DNA from: Moniliella sp. 'wahieum'
Taxonomy: Eukaryota
Length of the DNA: 64,000 nucleotides
NCBI GenBank assembly: GCA_003971905.1
Contig: RSEE01000012.1
Location: forward strand, 434,001 to 498,000
Direction: 5' to 3'
The notes beneath the pieces are model-generated. The model was given only the letters and a program-made list of their open reading frames with translations, ran no database searches and was not told where the DNA came from. The position numbers and the translations under genes are program-made. Positions within the stretch are counted from its first letter, which is position 1; each line of letters starts with the position of its first letter. Shown piece by piece: positions 12,962 to 25,984 of the stretch.

Positions 12962-13832
12962 ATGTCAATCCCACCCTCCTGGAAGGACCTGAGCAAGGCC
13001 ACGAACGACCTGCTCGGCAAGGACTACCCCCTGGGCCACACGTCGCTCGACGTCAAGTCGGTTGCCCCCAACGGCGTCACTTTCCATGTCCAGGGTGCAC
13101 GCAACAACCAGACGGCTGACATTTGGCCGACCTGGAGATCAAGGTGGCCAACAAGGCCAAGGGCCTGAGCTCGACGACGGTCTGGACGACCACCAACCAG
13201 ATCCGTCAGACGGTGGAGGCCGACAACTACCTTGCCAAGGGCTTCAAGGTCGACTTTGTCTCCACTTTCAACCCCGAAAAGGGCACCAAGTCGGGTGTGA
13301 TCAACACCGTCTTCAAGCAGTCTAATGTTCACACGCGCACCACGCTTGACCTTTCCAAGGGCCCCTCGTCGCCCACGACTCGGTGGCTGGCCGCGACGGC
13401 TTTGTGGCTGGGTACTCGGCCTTGGTCAACTTGCAGACCAAGCAGGTGGCCAACTACGAACTGGCTGCTGGCTACTACGCACGTGACTACTCGATCACGC
13501 TGCAGGGCACCAAGCGTCTCAACAACTTTATTGCCTCGTACTACCACCGCCTCAACGCGGACCTTGAGACGGGCGCGCGCGTCCACTTTGACGCCAGCAA
13601 GCCAGCCAAGGAGACCAAGCTCGAACTCGGCAGCAAGGTCTACCTCGACAATGCTGCCTTTGTCAAGGCCAAGATCAACAGCGATGGTATCCTTGGTCTC
13701 GGCTACACCCAGGCTCTCCGCCCTGGCGTCAAGTCGTCGCTCGGTCTGGCGCTCGACACCAAGGCCTTCTCGGCGACGGAGGCTGTCACCCCGGCCCACA
13801 AGGTCGGCGCTGCCCTCTTCTTCGAGGCTTAA
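12962..13832 (+). CDS. POR1: Mitochondrial outer-membrane porin (VDAC)
   Basis: MSIPPSWKDLSKATNDLLGKDYP...LDNAAFVKAKINSDGILGLGYTQALRPGVK...AHKVGAALFFEA*. Two apparent frameshifts. Confidence 0.95.
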
Positions 13833-14215
13833 GTGTCTTCCATTGCCCGCTAAACGTTAACAGTCTATCATGCTAATGCTGATCGTACCATCTGCCGCAC
13901 CCATGCCTTGTGTCGTTTAATGATGTTTGCTTCGGTAGTAGGGCTCAGCCTGAGCGCTCATTGACTGAGCTTCTTCGCTCGGCGGCTTTGGCATTTTGGC
14001 GGTTCATCGTGGCTGGCGGCTGACGTGGAACACAGAGGCGGGAAGGTATTGCAGGTATATTAGGTCAGCGTCTGGGGGCGCGTGCACCACGAGGCGATTG
14101 GAACGAGGGCATGGGGTCAGTGTGATGCGGCTGCTGCCTGTGCCTGGCAGTGGGGCGGAGGAGCTAGCTGGAATACGCACACCCACCCACACGCACCACC
14201 ACCACTGCGTCCGTC

Positions 14216-15423
14216 ATGGCCGACAAGCTGGACCAGCTGCTGGCGCATCTGCCCGTCGTCCCGGTACCCACGCATAGCAACGGGCGTGTGGGCTACCACG
14301 TGTTTGGCAATGCGTACTTTGACCCCAACCAGTTCCACCGCGAGGCTTTCTTCCTCTCGCTTTCGCTGCTCTACCTTGCCGTCTACTTCGTCGTCGTGCT
14401 CAGCAAAACAAGGGGGTTGCTACGCGCTGGGCCAAGGTCGTTGTCCCGGCTCTGAAAAATGAGTTCTCGTATGTGCCCACCAAAACGCCATACGGGCCGG
14501 GTGCCCTGGTCTGGAACGGCGTTGGCGCTGCCACGCTCTACGCCTCGGGCCGGCGCAACGTTGAGCGTCTCCAGGCTGAACTGGAGTTTTATCCATACCA
14601 TGACCTGATGCTCCTATTTTCCCAGCTGCCGTTGGCCCAGATGGGCCAGAAGACGCAAGAGTTCCACTCGCGGCTACGAGTGGTGCTCACGCTGCCTCCG
14701 ACGGCCGATAATGTACTGGGTGTGTTTGGCGTGGTGAACAAGTCTCACCTCCGTACCACCCGGGCTGGGCGGTACGACCTGACGTTTGCCAAGCTTCTCG
14801 ATGGAGAAAAGGCGTCTACGAGTCGGGGACTGGACAACCAATGGGCCATTCTTTCTGAAACGGGCGAGTTGACCGACTCGTTCCTGGGCGTGCCTGGTGA
14901 GCGGGGCCAAAGTGTGAGGGACAAGATTGGGATCCAACAAGTGCTCAACAGTCCGGCTGCTCAGCAGCTCGTTGAAAGTTTGGTCGTTACCGACCAGCCG
15001 AGAAGCAAGCCGACCAAGGGGCCCCTTCTTCCCGAAGACCGCCCACGGCAGATTGTGCTTACCCTCAAACTGCCGGGGTCCACTGCGGAGGCCAAGGCTC
15101 AACTTCCGTTCCTTGAGCTCGCGCTTAACTTGGCTGATGCAGTCGGTGTGGCGATCTCGGGGGCGGTCACGTCGCCGTTGCGCTTGCGGCCCGAACTGCT
15201 GACCAAACTGCGCAAGACGCGGCATGAGGTGGATGCCCAGTTGGAAGAGGAGGCGACGCGGGAAGAGCGTGAGGCAGAGGAGGAAGCGCTCAAGGAGGCC
15301 AAGGCCAAGGCGGAAGCGGAGCGTTTCAAGAACATGTCTCCAGCGGAGCAAGCCAAGCGTAAGGAGGTGGAGCGCAAGCGCGCCCTGCGCAAGGGACAAA
15401 AGACCATGCGGGCTCGCGGATAG
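14216..15423 (+). CDS. CCDC47/DUF1682-family ER protein (PAT complex subunit)
   Basis: N-terminal TM, LYASGRRNVE motif, and C-terminal coiled coil KLRKTR...MSPAEQAKRKEVERKRALRK. One frameshift near 14400-14450. Confidence 0.8.
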
Positions 15424-16084
15424 CCGTTTATGGCCAGTTTCTTGTGAAGAGTTGCTTTGTTTCTACTCTTGTCGGGACTGTGGCCACAATAATGGCCTTG
15501 GATGCAAGTTCAGTCGGAAAATTATCCTGTACGGCTCGTAAACATACACTATCTTGCTTCTGTCTGAGAGAGCTGCTCTGCCCCTGTGGGTAGGTGGGAG
15601 TGAGTTGTGAGCGAAAGGGGGCATTTTAAAAACAGAAGTGGAGCCGCGATTATTGTTTTTCCCGCCACGTTCGGTGGCGGCCCAATAGACTGCCCAGGAG
15701 AACAACCATGCAAGAGCGATAGTGTAGTGCCATGGATCGCTGCACCAGCCACCTTCTACATCTCAGATCAAAGATCATTTTGCCTCAGGATGCAGCCTTT
15801 CTGGTTGGATGCATGTTGGTGGGGGGGGCGACTGAACATTTTTTTGCGCCACAGCATGCATATGTCAAGTCAGTGTGGCCCGCTTTCGCTACCGTGATTC
15901 ATGTGCTGGCCCGCGGAGGATGTGTCCGAAATGTTGAGCAGAGCAGACCGGACCTAGGGTGTTTCCTCAGTCTATACTTCCAGCTCCAAACGGTCATCAG
16001 CAGGTAGTTAAACGGGAATGAGAGAGAAAAGTCGTGCAGTAAAGTGGTGAGGAGCGGAGTGGGCGGGGTCGGGGATTGGGAGAT

Positions 16085-16693
16085 TTATGCTTGGCCAGGT
16101 ACAGTATCCGGACTGTCAACAGAGCAGGCAAGTCAGTACGCCATCTCTATTACTGTGGCCAGTAGAGGAAGATACGCACATGATAGGAGCAACTTGCTTA
16201 TTTTGGCCGGCAAACATGCGTTGCATGAGGACACCCATGCCCTCCATCACGCCAAGAAGAATGCCGCACATAATACCGGACCCGAGCATCATCTTGGGGC
16301 CACTACGTACTGCAAGGGCCGCGCCAGTCATGAAGCCGGCAATCACACCATTCTTCATGTCTTCCGTCTGGCGCACACTGCGCACAATGCAGTCGGACGT
16401 TCCGAACACGGCACCCCACATCCCGAAAGCACCGCCCAATGCGGGCCCCCGTTGCTTGATCGCAGCGAGAGCAGCTGGCAAGCGTTCGCCCTGTTGGTGC
16501 AAAGAGTCAGCACAACCGTTTTCCAATGCGCGCGCAGGAAGGGGAGGGGAGGGGCACGTACACGAGGGCTATTGCGGCTACCCTTGATGCCGTGCCAGAG
16601 CGAGCCACCAATGGCGCCCATGGCAAACGCGGCACCGGTGTCGTTGAGGATTACCCAGGGGCAGGGGTCGCGCGTGTGGTCGGCGGCAACCAT
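16085..16693 (-). CDS. TIM17: Mitochondrial inner-membrane translocase subunit Tim17
   Basis: ADHTRDPCPWVILNDTGAAFAMGAIGG...GERL...RGPALGGAFGMWG...EDMKNGVIAGFMTG. Two GT-AG introns; the last exon reads PDTVPGQA*. Confidence 0.95.
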
Positions 16694-17063
16694 TGGTCGT
16701 GACGCTACGAAGCACTGGAGGCAGGGAAGGCGGCGCGGCGCCAAGTCGAGAAGATTGGCCCGGGGCAGGCGGCCGCCACAGCCCCCCGCATGAAGCATGA
16801 CGTAAGGTTCCGGCTCGACGCAGTGGGCGGAATGCAGCAGAAGAAGCTGCGCAGAGCAGCAGAGGCGCGGGGGCAGTGTGGCTGCATATCACCTCTCGGC
16901 CTGCGACCCCCAGGCCTGGGCAGGCCGCGCTCGTGTCTTCCTTTGCGAGTCACACAGTCCGTTCGCTCTCTTCAAGTTGGGCGGCGCACAAAGCAAGCCG
17001 CGTCCCCCCTCGCGCCCACCCACATCCACAGCCGATCGCCCGCTCCCCACCACCATCTCCAGC

Positions 17064-18855
17064 ATGTCTGAAGCCGCTGCTGCTGCCCCGGCCCTGCACC
17101 TCGACCCCGTCACGGGCGAGAAAGTGAGCAAGAGCGAGCTCAAGCGCCGCCAGAAGGCGCCAGGCTGCCGAGAAGAAGGCGGCCAAGGCTGCTGCCGCGC
17201 CCGCTGCCGCCGCAAGCCCAAGTCGGCCGCCGATGAGGAAGGCGAGCTGAGCCCGCAGCAGTACTACGAGCACCGCTCGCGTACCATCAAGGCTCTTCGT
17301 CAAAGCAAAGCGCCCAACCCGTACCCTCACAAGTTCCATGTGAGCACATCGCTGGGTGCGTTCATCGACAAGTACGGCCCCACCACCGAGCCCGGTGCTA
17401 AGCTGGACGAGAAGGTGTCGATTGCGGGTCGCATTCACACGGTGCGTGCCCAGGGTGCCAAGTTGCACTTTTACGACCTCCACTCGGAGGGCCAAAAGGT
17501 CCAGATTATGGCCTCCGCCTCGGACCATATTGGCAAGGAGGGCACCCCCGAGGGCTACGCTGAGATCCATGGGCTCCTCCGCCGCGGTGACATTGTTGGT
17601 GTCGAGGGCTACCCGGGCAAGACCAAGAAGGGCGAGTTGTCCATCTTCCCTACCTCCATCACCCTCCTCTCGCCCAACCTGCACCGTCTCCCCGGGAAGG
17701 CATTTACCACCGCCGAGGGTGAGGTCAAGGGGGGCTGACCAACCCCGAGACGCGGTACCGCAAGCGCTACTTGGACTTGATGATCAACCCCAACGTGCGC
17801 GAGATCTTTATCAAGCGCGCCAAGATCATCAACTACGTTCGTCGCTTCTTTGAGAACCTGGGTTTCCTCGAGGTGGAGACGCCGATGATGAACATGGTCG
17901 CAGGAGGTGCGACGGCCAAACCGTTCATTACCCATCACAATGACCTCGGCATGGACCTGTTCATGCGCATTGCGCCCGAATTGTACCTCAAGGAGCTCGT
18001 GGTGGGTGGACTGGACCGCGTGTTTGAAATTGGCAAGGTGTTCCGCAACGAGTCGATTGACCAGACGCACAACCCCGAGTTTACTAGCTGTGAGTTTTAC
18101 ATGGCGTATGCAGACATGTACGACCTGATGGATATTACCGAGAAGATGATCTCGGGACTGGTCAAGTATGTGACAGGGGTACCAAGGTCACCTACCACCC
18201 CGAGGGCAAGGACAAGGCCGATGGCCCGGTGTACGAGATTGACTTTGCCACGCCGTGGAAGCGGTTCGATATGATCAAGGAGCTCGAAGCGCAGCTCAAG
18301 GTTACCTTCCCGCCTGCCGACCAGCTTCACACCGAGGCCACGCGGAAGTGGCTCGACGATTTGGCGGTCAAGCACGGGGTGGAGTGCAGCGCGCCGCGCA
18401 CGTCGGCCCGGCTGGTGGACAAGTTTGTGGGCGAGTACATTGAGCCGCAGTGCATCAACCCTTCTTTCATGGGTCACCCGGAGGTGATGAGCCCGCTGGC
18501 CAAGTACCACCGCTCCATCCCGGGGCTGTCGGAGCGGTTCGAGCTGTTTGTGGCGACTAAAGAGATTGCCAATGCCTATACTGAGCTCAACGATCCCTTT
18601 GACCAGCGGGAGCGGTTCGAGGAGCAGTCGCGCCAGGCCGCCGCCGGCGACGACGAGGCGCAAGGAATCGACGAGGTGTTTGTCGATGCGCTGGAACACG
18701 GCCTGCCGCCCACCGCCGGTTGGGGGTTGGGCATTGACCGATTGACCATGTTCCTCACCGACTCGAACCGGATCGCCGAGGTGCTGGCTTTCCCGGCGAT
18801 GAAGCCCGAGCAGACACAGACTGCCTCCGTGGTGCCCACACAGCCCACGGCATGA
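17064..18855 (+). CDS. KRS1: Cytosolic lysyl-tRNA synthetase (class II)
   Basis: [73 protein letters not shown]. About 3 frameshifts. Confidence 0.97.
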
Positions 18856-19955
18856 GCGCTAAGCCCTGGACACGCGCCAATGTATGGCATACATTGCTGT
18901 TTTTCAGTATGCTAATGTCGAAGGACGGTGGGGGAACAATTTTGAGGGATGCAGGACAAGATAGCTGATGCAGTCCATGTGAGGGTACGGGTAAGAGTGT
19001 GCACGAAGTGAATGTGGCCGTTGTGAATGTGGCCGTTGTCGACGCGATCGCTGGTAAGCCATCCGTGATGCTGGCTGGTTGCCAAGATCAGATAAGTAGG
19101 GGCCGTGACGCGTGAGCGAGAGTTGGTTGGGACCGCCTTGGCGCCTTGGCGTGCCTAACCCACCCTTGTCAAGCTCGGTGCCCGCCCGCATCGCTACCCG
19201 AAAAGGCGGTGAGGTATGCCCATCCTCCTTGAGCCGAAGCAGATCCACTCCTTCCTTGGCAGGTCTCTCCTCCTCCTCACTAGACTTGCCATCTCCTCGT
19301 GTGCCCCGCCCCGCCTGCCGAAACCACTTCTCTCTGTTGATAAAAAAATTGACGACCCCTTGGAAGTAGGCACTTGCTGCTCCAACAACATCTCCTCACA
19401 GTGCTTAGGAGGCAGTCAGATTCACTCACCCATCGCCATCAAACTGTTCCTTGATGCTCCAATTTAGGCCCAGACGACCGCATCGCCTACCAGTCCGCCG
19501 ACCTTCACAGGCAACACCTCAGGAGTCCACGCCTCCTCCTCTGGTTGAGGTTTGGATCATCCTTCTTGTTCTCTCTCCAGTCCCCAGTTTCCCTCTTGCA
19601 TCGTCATTCGACTTTGGCTCCGCGTCGTCCATCGAAGTTTCCATCCGCCCGCGGCGCTGGTCGAGCCTACAATCGGCGCCACTCCCTCCAGGACGTGCTG
19701 CGACCTCTTTCTCGCATGCTGCTATCTGTCAGCCAGTCGAGCGCATCTACAATTGCGGCCACAGTTGGTCACGCGACCACAGCGCAACAAATCGAGCCGT
19801 TCCCATCCCGCTCTGGCGGAGCAATCGAAGGCTGGGATTGAAATTGCAGTTCCTGGCCAGGCGGCGCTGGGCCCCCGCTTCAGCCAAGCACGTGTTGCGC
19901 CTACTTGGCCACACTTTTGATCGCCACCACCTCTTTCCTGGTGGCATCCAAACCG

Positions 19956-21721
19956 ATGACGACCACCTTTACTTTCGACCTACCCACCCCCACCTCTCTG
20001 GCCATCTCTGACGCGTATGCGCCTGCCGCCACATCCTCCGATGCGCCTGCCATCGTCGCCACCTTGGCCGATGCAACTGCTGCGCGTTCTCGCATGGCCA
20101 CCGTCTTGGTCGCCAACTCGTCCGCCAGCACAGGCACCCGCCAGTGGCTTCGCGCAGTTCAGGCGGTTGATGACTACCTTCCCTATGCAGTAAGTGTATG
20201 GGCGTTTTCAAGCCAGACTCGCGTTGTTCCACGTGCTCCTACGCCCTTTGGCTGGTCCATGTCCGTGGCTGAGCCCGAAAAAGATGGACTGCGCGACCGT
20301 CTGCGTGCGGCGGCGGTGCCATCGCGGACAAGGGAGGAGGCGGCAGCTGCCTGCTTTGGCGATGCAGGTTTTGATTTGCGCGCTGCTGTTTTGAGCCAGG
20401 CGCTAGCTTCGGCCAACCTTGCCTGCGCGGCCACCACCGCCTCGGAGCGGGACGCTACCCTTCCTTCCTCTGCCGGCCAGGGACTGGATGATCGGCTGCG
20501 ATGGGCCGTTGATGCACAATGCCGTGCAGCCGGGGCGTTGGCATGGGTGGCTCAGACTTCGTTTGAGGTGCGTGCGGCGGATGTCATCCCGCCTGCAGTC
20601 CAACCAGCCGGAGCAGATGCGTTGGCCAAGCTGCTTCTGGCTCAAGCGCAAGGTCTTGCAATTCGCAAGTTGCTTGCCCCCATTGCGGCGGTATCCAACC
20701 CTCAAATGGAAGCTCGTACCCTCACTCGTTCTCGGGACGAGCGCGGCAAGCTCCTCAAGCACAGTCCTAGCCATCGCATCTCCTCCACTGCGGCTTGGAT
20801 CCAATCGCCTCTTCCTCTCCCCTCGAGCCATCCGGCGCCAGCATTACTGGCCAAGCTCTACCTCCATGTAGCAGGGCTGTATGAGGGAGCCCAAGGTCTG
20901 CTCAAGACTTGTACGCATTGTCCTTCCTCCGCCTCACCGCGCCGGCCCACCGCCCTGCCACACCCAGCGAGGAAGGAACCAAAAAATCTCGCTTCCTCTC
21001 CAAACTAGGAAGGAAGGAGCGGTCCGACGAGTCACCAGGCTCGGCATCCCGTCGTTCGGCCCCTCATTCAAGCCATCAGCTGGACTCGTTACTGGCGTAT
21101 ACGTCGAGTGCCTGGGCCATCTCCCAAGCGGCCGGTCTACGTTGGCTTGCTGTGGATGCAGGGGAGGATGGGCGGGTGGGCGAGGCCCTTGCGTTCCTCC
21201 GCTTAGCCAGCAGTACGTTGGAGCCAGTGCTGCTCGATGGGAGCAGATTTTCGCTTCGACTTGGTCGAGGGGGGCGGGAAAGCGAGGGGAAAGACCGGCA
21301 CCATGCTCTCCTGGAAGACGACGTGAGCTCAGATGGTCAACTGGCTCGAACCGCGCAAGCGGCCAAGGACGAAGCTGGAGCAATCGACTACTGCACGGGC
21401 ATCTATACCCGTATCAACGACACTGTCCGTCCCTCTTTTCTTCCCTACTCGGGAACGCAGACTGATACTGATCCTACCGTTCGCTTTCCTCCCCAGGTTT
21501 CGTTTCAACCGATTGCTGCGCTGGATACAGTGCAGGCCAAGGTCCCCCACGGCCGACCTGCCATTGCGGCCAAACGCTTCGTACTGCCCGATCCCTCATT
21601 GTCGCTGTCTTCCTTGCCGGACACGACCGGCGCCACGGCTCCTTTGGACAAACAACTCGACGCGGTCACCCTGGACGAGGCGCCGAGGCCAACATATGCT
21701 GGCGCGGGAGCCTATTTTTAG
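19956..21721 (+). CDS. palC: pH-response protein PalC/Rim23 (BRO1-like domain)
   Basis: N-terminal FTFDLPT, SHPAPALLAKLYL, GEDGRVGEALAFL, YTRINDTV...FQPI, and the C-terminal aromatic motif YAGAGAYF*. Confidence 0.8.
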
Positions 21722-21739
21722 TCTTCTGTCAATTCATTT

Positions 21740-22175
21740 CATTCCATTCCATTCCATTCTCTCCTTGCTTGGGCGGTTGGGCGTATGGCCATATGCCATT
21801 GGACGTTAGACATTTCCTGCCGTAAAGGCTTTTAGACAGCTTCATTCGCCGACTACGGTATGCCCATGTGCGTGCACAACGGTGCAAGGAAATAGCTGAG
21901 AGGAGAAAGGATCAATGACAAGGATGTGGACTGCGAAAAGAACAGGACACACGCCTGCGGAAGGTGGGTGTTGGGGGCGTAGGCGCTAAAGGGGATTACG
22001 CGGTTACTTGTATACCTCCTCATCGTAATCTCAACGTACATGACATGCATGGCGCCCACTTGGCGGATGGCACTACCAGCTATAATAAGCGACACACACA
22101 CACGAAGAGAGAGGCCGGTGGATGGGTTGGGAGGATTGGTAAGGCTGCCTTATACACCTTGTCCTTAGGTCTCAT
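21740..22175 (-). CDS. Candidate small multi-exon hypothetical gene
   Basis: ATG at 22175 and three short intron-like segments (GTGTAT..TAG, GTACGT..TAG, GTGTGT..CAG) that splice into an open frame of about 80 aa. No homology recognised. Confidence 0.25.
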
Positions 22176-22289
22176 TTGGAGGACGTGAGGAAGCAACGGG
22201 CGGGCTCGGAGGTAGAGGGAGGGCGCGGGATCCTTTTGGTGTCTGTGGGCTTGTGGCCCAAAGGACACTGGTCAGAGACAGCACGAATG

Positions 22290-23625
22290 AAGCGCTGAGC
22301 TCAGGCTGAGCTGCGGAGGCGTTGAGGCTGCTGAGGCCGGCTGAGATTCAGCTATCGACATTTTGGATTTGCGAGTGCTTGGTCGGCTGTCAGGCGGTCG
22401 CACTGTCGCGCACCGTGTGAGCGCCGTGTGCGGTGTGACTGTGGTGACTTCCCAGTCTACCCGTATGCCCGCGTCCCTGTCTGCTCTACAGCAGCTGACC
22501 AGTTGCTACGGACTAATTGCCCGCTGTCTGCCTGCTCGCAACACGGCAGTGCTGACGATGTGAAACAAGGCAAGCTTTGGTGTGCATGCCTGGGCTTAGG
22601 CGGAGCGCAGGGAGGCAGAAGCTTGCAGGACACCGGCGGACAGACATGATGCATGATGTCACATGTCATCCAGGGCCAAGCACTGCAGGCACCTCGGGGC
22701 ACTCCCCCCAACAAAGCCACCGCAACCCACATGCGTCAGTGGCGTCCGCCACACTAGCCGAGTCACTGGAGTCACTAGTCACTAGTCACTAGTCATGCAA
22801 GTCATGCATCATGCATCATGCATCATGATGCGCCTGCTGCGCCGCACAGTCGGCCGAACTCCGCAACCAATTCCGCTGCGCTGCACAAGCGCGAAAGGCG
22901 CTCAGGAGCTCAGGAGCTCAGGCCCTGTCCTGCCGAGCCACACGCCTGTCACAGGCTGCCGGTCGCCGGCGTGCATGTCAACAGTGGCGCAGGCACGAGG
23001 CACGACTCTCGTTGGTGGTCACCACGTCACCTGCCGCAGTGAGAGAGTACGAAGGCCTGTACGGCAACCCGGCAAGACGCTGTTTGGGTCGGGGCGCGAG
23101 GCGCATCCCGCCAATGTTGGGATTCTCAGCCTGCCAAGCATGTCAGTAAGGTGACTCGGATGGCCTGTGGCCGAGTGACTAGTGACTCTAGTGACTAGTG
23201 ACTAGTGACTAAGCCAATGTAGCCTTGAAGCTTGAAGCTTGAAGCTTGAAACTTGAAGCTTGAGAGCCGGGGGCCTGAGGCCCAGACCCTGAGGTCGCTG
23301 TGCCCTGCTGTGCCCGTGCTGAGATCTGAGATCTGAGGGCGGCTGAGATGCTAGAGGCCCCATGTCCGCGGGATTGCTTGCCCTTGTTGGCTCGGCCTCA
23401 GCCGGAGCCGCACTGTCGCCGGATGCTTTGTTTGCCTCAGGAGAGGCCATGTTCAAGCTTCAAGACTGGCAGTATGCCTTCACGCCTCAAGCCTCACGCC
23501 TGACCTCAGGGCCTCAGGTCCCACGCCTCAGCAGTGCCCCAGCGCCTCAGCGCGGATAAAGCGATAAAGCTGCGGGGAGGCAGCGTCACACACACGTGGC
23601 CCCTCCAATTGATCGATGATCGATG
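22290..23625. promoter_or_regulatory. Dense island of TGA/TCA + palindrome heptamer arrays upstream of the metacaspase gene
   Basis: (TCACTAG)3 22772-22792, (TCATGCA)3 22802-22822, (TGACTAG)n 23176-23210, (TGAAGCT)~5 23226-23263, (TGAGATC)2 near 23320, and TGATCGA near 23610. A regulatory role is inferred from position only. Confidence 0.5.
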
Positions 23626-23715
23626 ATCCCGGCAGTACTCGCCCCCTTCACCTCCTCCCCTCCTCCTCCACCACCCCCACCACCATTACCCTTGCAGCCG
23701 TCTCTCCCCTCCCCC

Positions 23716-25315
23716 ATGTCCTTTCCCGAGCCCTTCGGTGGGTTGACCCCCCCATCGTCCGTACAGCTCGCACAGCCTCGCGCAAACCCAAGGCCCCGTT
23801 CCCAGGCGTCCACCAGGTATGTCGCGCCTCCCTGGCCCCTAGAGACACTCCCCCAGCCGCGTTGCTAATTCTTTCAGCAGAATCATGTCCATGCCTCAGC
23901 CGTTTTACAATGGCCGTGCATATTACGAACCTATAACTCCTTTTGACGTTCCGAGTCCCCGCCACACACTCGTATACCCAGGAGCGAGTGATCCCACCCT
24001 CCAGGCCAAGCCCAGGAGAGGCTACCCCCCTCAGCCAGCGCAACGCCCTCATTCTTGGTATGGAGGCCCTCCCGCCAATACCGGCTATCCCCCACTTGCT
24101 CCCGGCATGCCGCCGGCCCCGCACCTATGGCCATGCCCATCCACACCCCCACGAAAGTGGGGCCGGGTAGAAGGACCCTTGGGCCCACCTCATTACCGCA
24201 AGATGAACGTGCGCTTTGACCGTCCCCCGGAGGTACGATGGAAAACGGATGCGATACGAGTATAGCACGATGACAGGCCGACGTAAAGCGTTACTGATTG
24301 GCATCAACTATGTCGGCTCCAACCGAGCTGAAGGGCTGTTGGAACGATGTGGCCAAAATCCGCAAATTTATTATGCAAGCGGGCGGGTTTGCTGCCAAGA
24401 ACATGGTCATTCTCACCGACCAAAACGCAGACCCACGAGCCCGTCCAACCCGGCCAACATGACAGCGGCCATGCACTGGCTTGTCAAGGATGCCCAACCG
24501 GGCGACTCTCTCTTCTTCCACTATTCTGGCCATGGCACCCAAGCAAAGGCAACTCAAGGAGATGAACGTGAGTCATGTTCCTTTGTGATATTGCGATCCC
24601 TGTCCTGTCGTACTAATCCTAGCCTTTCCCCATCACACAGCGGATGGCCTGAACGAGTGTATTGTTCCCTCGGATTATATTAAGAATGGCCTGATGGAGG
24701 ATGATGAGTTGCATGCCCTCATGGTGCGCCCTCTGCCTGTGGGATGCCGCTTGACCGCGTTGTTCGATTCGTGTCACAGTGGCACGGTGCTGGACTTGCC
24801 TTATTTACTCGGCTTCAGCAAGGTTTCGGAGCCGACAGTGGCGGCTAACGTGGGATATGGCTTGGAACAGGCCATCCGTGCGTACACCCACGGTAACATC
24901 ATGGACGCTGCCAAGGGCGTTGTGGCGACAATGACCAAGCGCAAGCCGAGCAGCGAGCGCGGGAGATTACCATTCGCACCCGTTCATCAGGCGCAGACGT
25001 GATCATGTTCTCGGGGTGCAAGGACAGCGAAACCAGCGCCGACACGGTGGAGGCGAAGAAGGCTACGGGTGCCTTGAGCTACGCTTGGATTGCTGTGTTT
25101 GAACGATGGCCCATATCACTTACCTCCAACTCCTCAATGCACTGCGCGATGAGCTCGTTGAGCGGTTCCACCAGAAACCACAGGTACGTCTTTTGGGCAA
25201 TTCAAATTATATGCATTCCTCAGCGTATCTAACCTTTTCTGTTCCCCAATTTTTGTACGGAATTTTAGCTCTCCACCTCGCATCATATGACTTTGAACAC
25301 ATGTTCACCATTTAA
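23716..25315 (+). CDS. MCA1: Type I metacaspase
   Basis: Pro-rich prodomain, TGRRKALLIGINY, catalytic His in FHYSGHG and Cys in DSCHSGT, SGCKDSETSAD, QKPQ. Introns at 23817-23879, about 24568-24640 and 25184-25268. Confidence 0.92.
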
Positions 25316-25984
25316 CAGTTGTTTTGCACCTGTCTTGCTCATTCTGATACCTACATGTGTAGGCCCACTTCCTGTTTCGTTCCGAGGCGCGTGCCGTCGG
25401 CCGCATAATTTGGGCCTCTCCCTCATCATTGTGTATCTATCCACATCTGTTCCGACTTTGTACTAATGTCTAATAATGCTGTGAGGATTTGATAGCCCTC
25501 CATTATCCCCCATTACTGAAAAGCACATACAGAGAGAAAGGAAGTCCATCAGGCTGATATTTTCAACACATGTTGAAGTAATTGGCACTTATGATGGATC
25601 GGTAGTATCCAGGATGGGTTCACGGGGCGCCGGGTTTCACCTCTCCCAGCTTCTGGATTTCAAGCTGGTACCTCCTCGGTTGGGGTTGTGGACGGCAGTA
25701 TGCGCATCAATATCTCAATGCTGTATAGTATAGACACCTTCCCTTCGTTCACTATGATACATGCACCCTACAACTTTCTAGGGCAGTCCGCTGGGGCTGG
25801 GCACTGATGCTGCATTGGCGCCCTTGAAGTTCTTAATGAACGATAATGTAGGGTATCCCTACTGCCACTAGACGTATTCAGGCTTAAAGTGCGCATGAGA
25901 GTATAGGGCAAAATGTATACTCGTGTACCTGCGTGACTTGCCGTGTGGTCCCTACTGTACGTAGTGTCCTGAGTGACTATATCA

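Noticed and set aside
16878..17063. Non-AUG N-terminal extension of KRS1 for mitochondrial targeting
   Set aside because: An open upstream frame is expected in GC-rich DNA, it overlaps the shared promoter, and it is not a convincing presequence.
18900..19900. Additional gene between KRS1 and palC
   Set aside because: Only short ORFs without motifs and a 15-bp duplication (about 19008-19039); insufficient evidence.
22758..23263. CRISPR-like or telomeric arrays
   Set aside because: Units are 7 bp with no unique spacers, there are no cas genes, the context is eukaryotic, and no TTAGGG tract is present.
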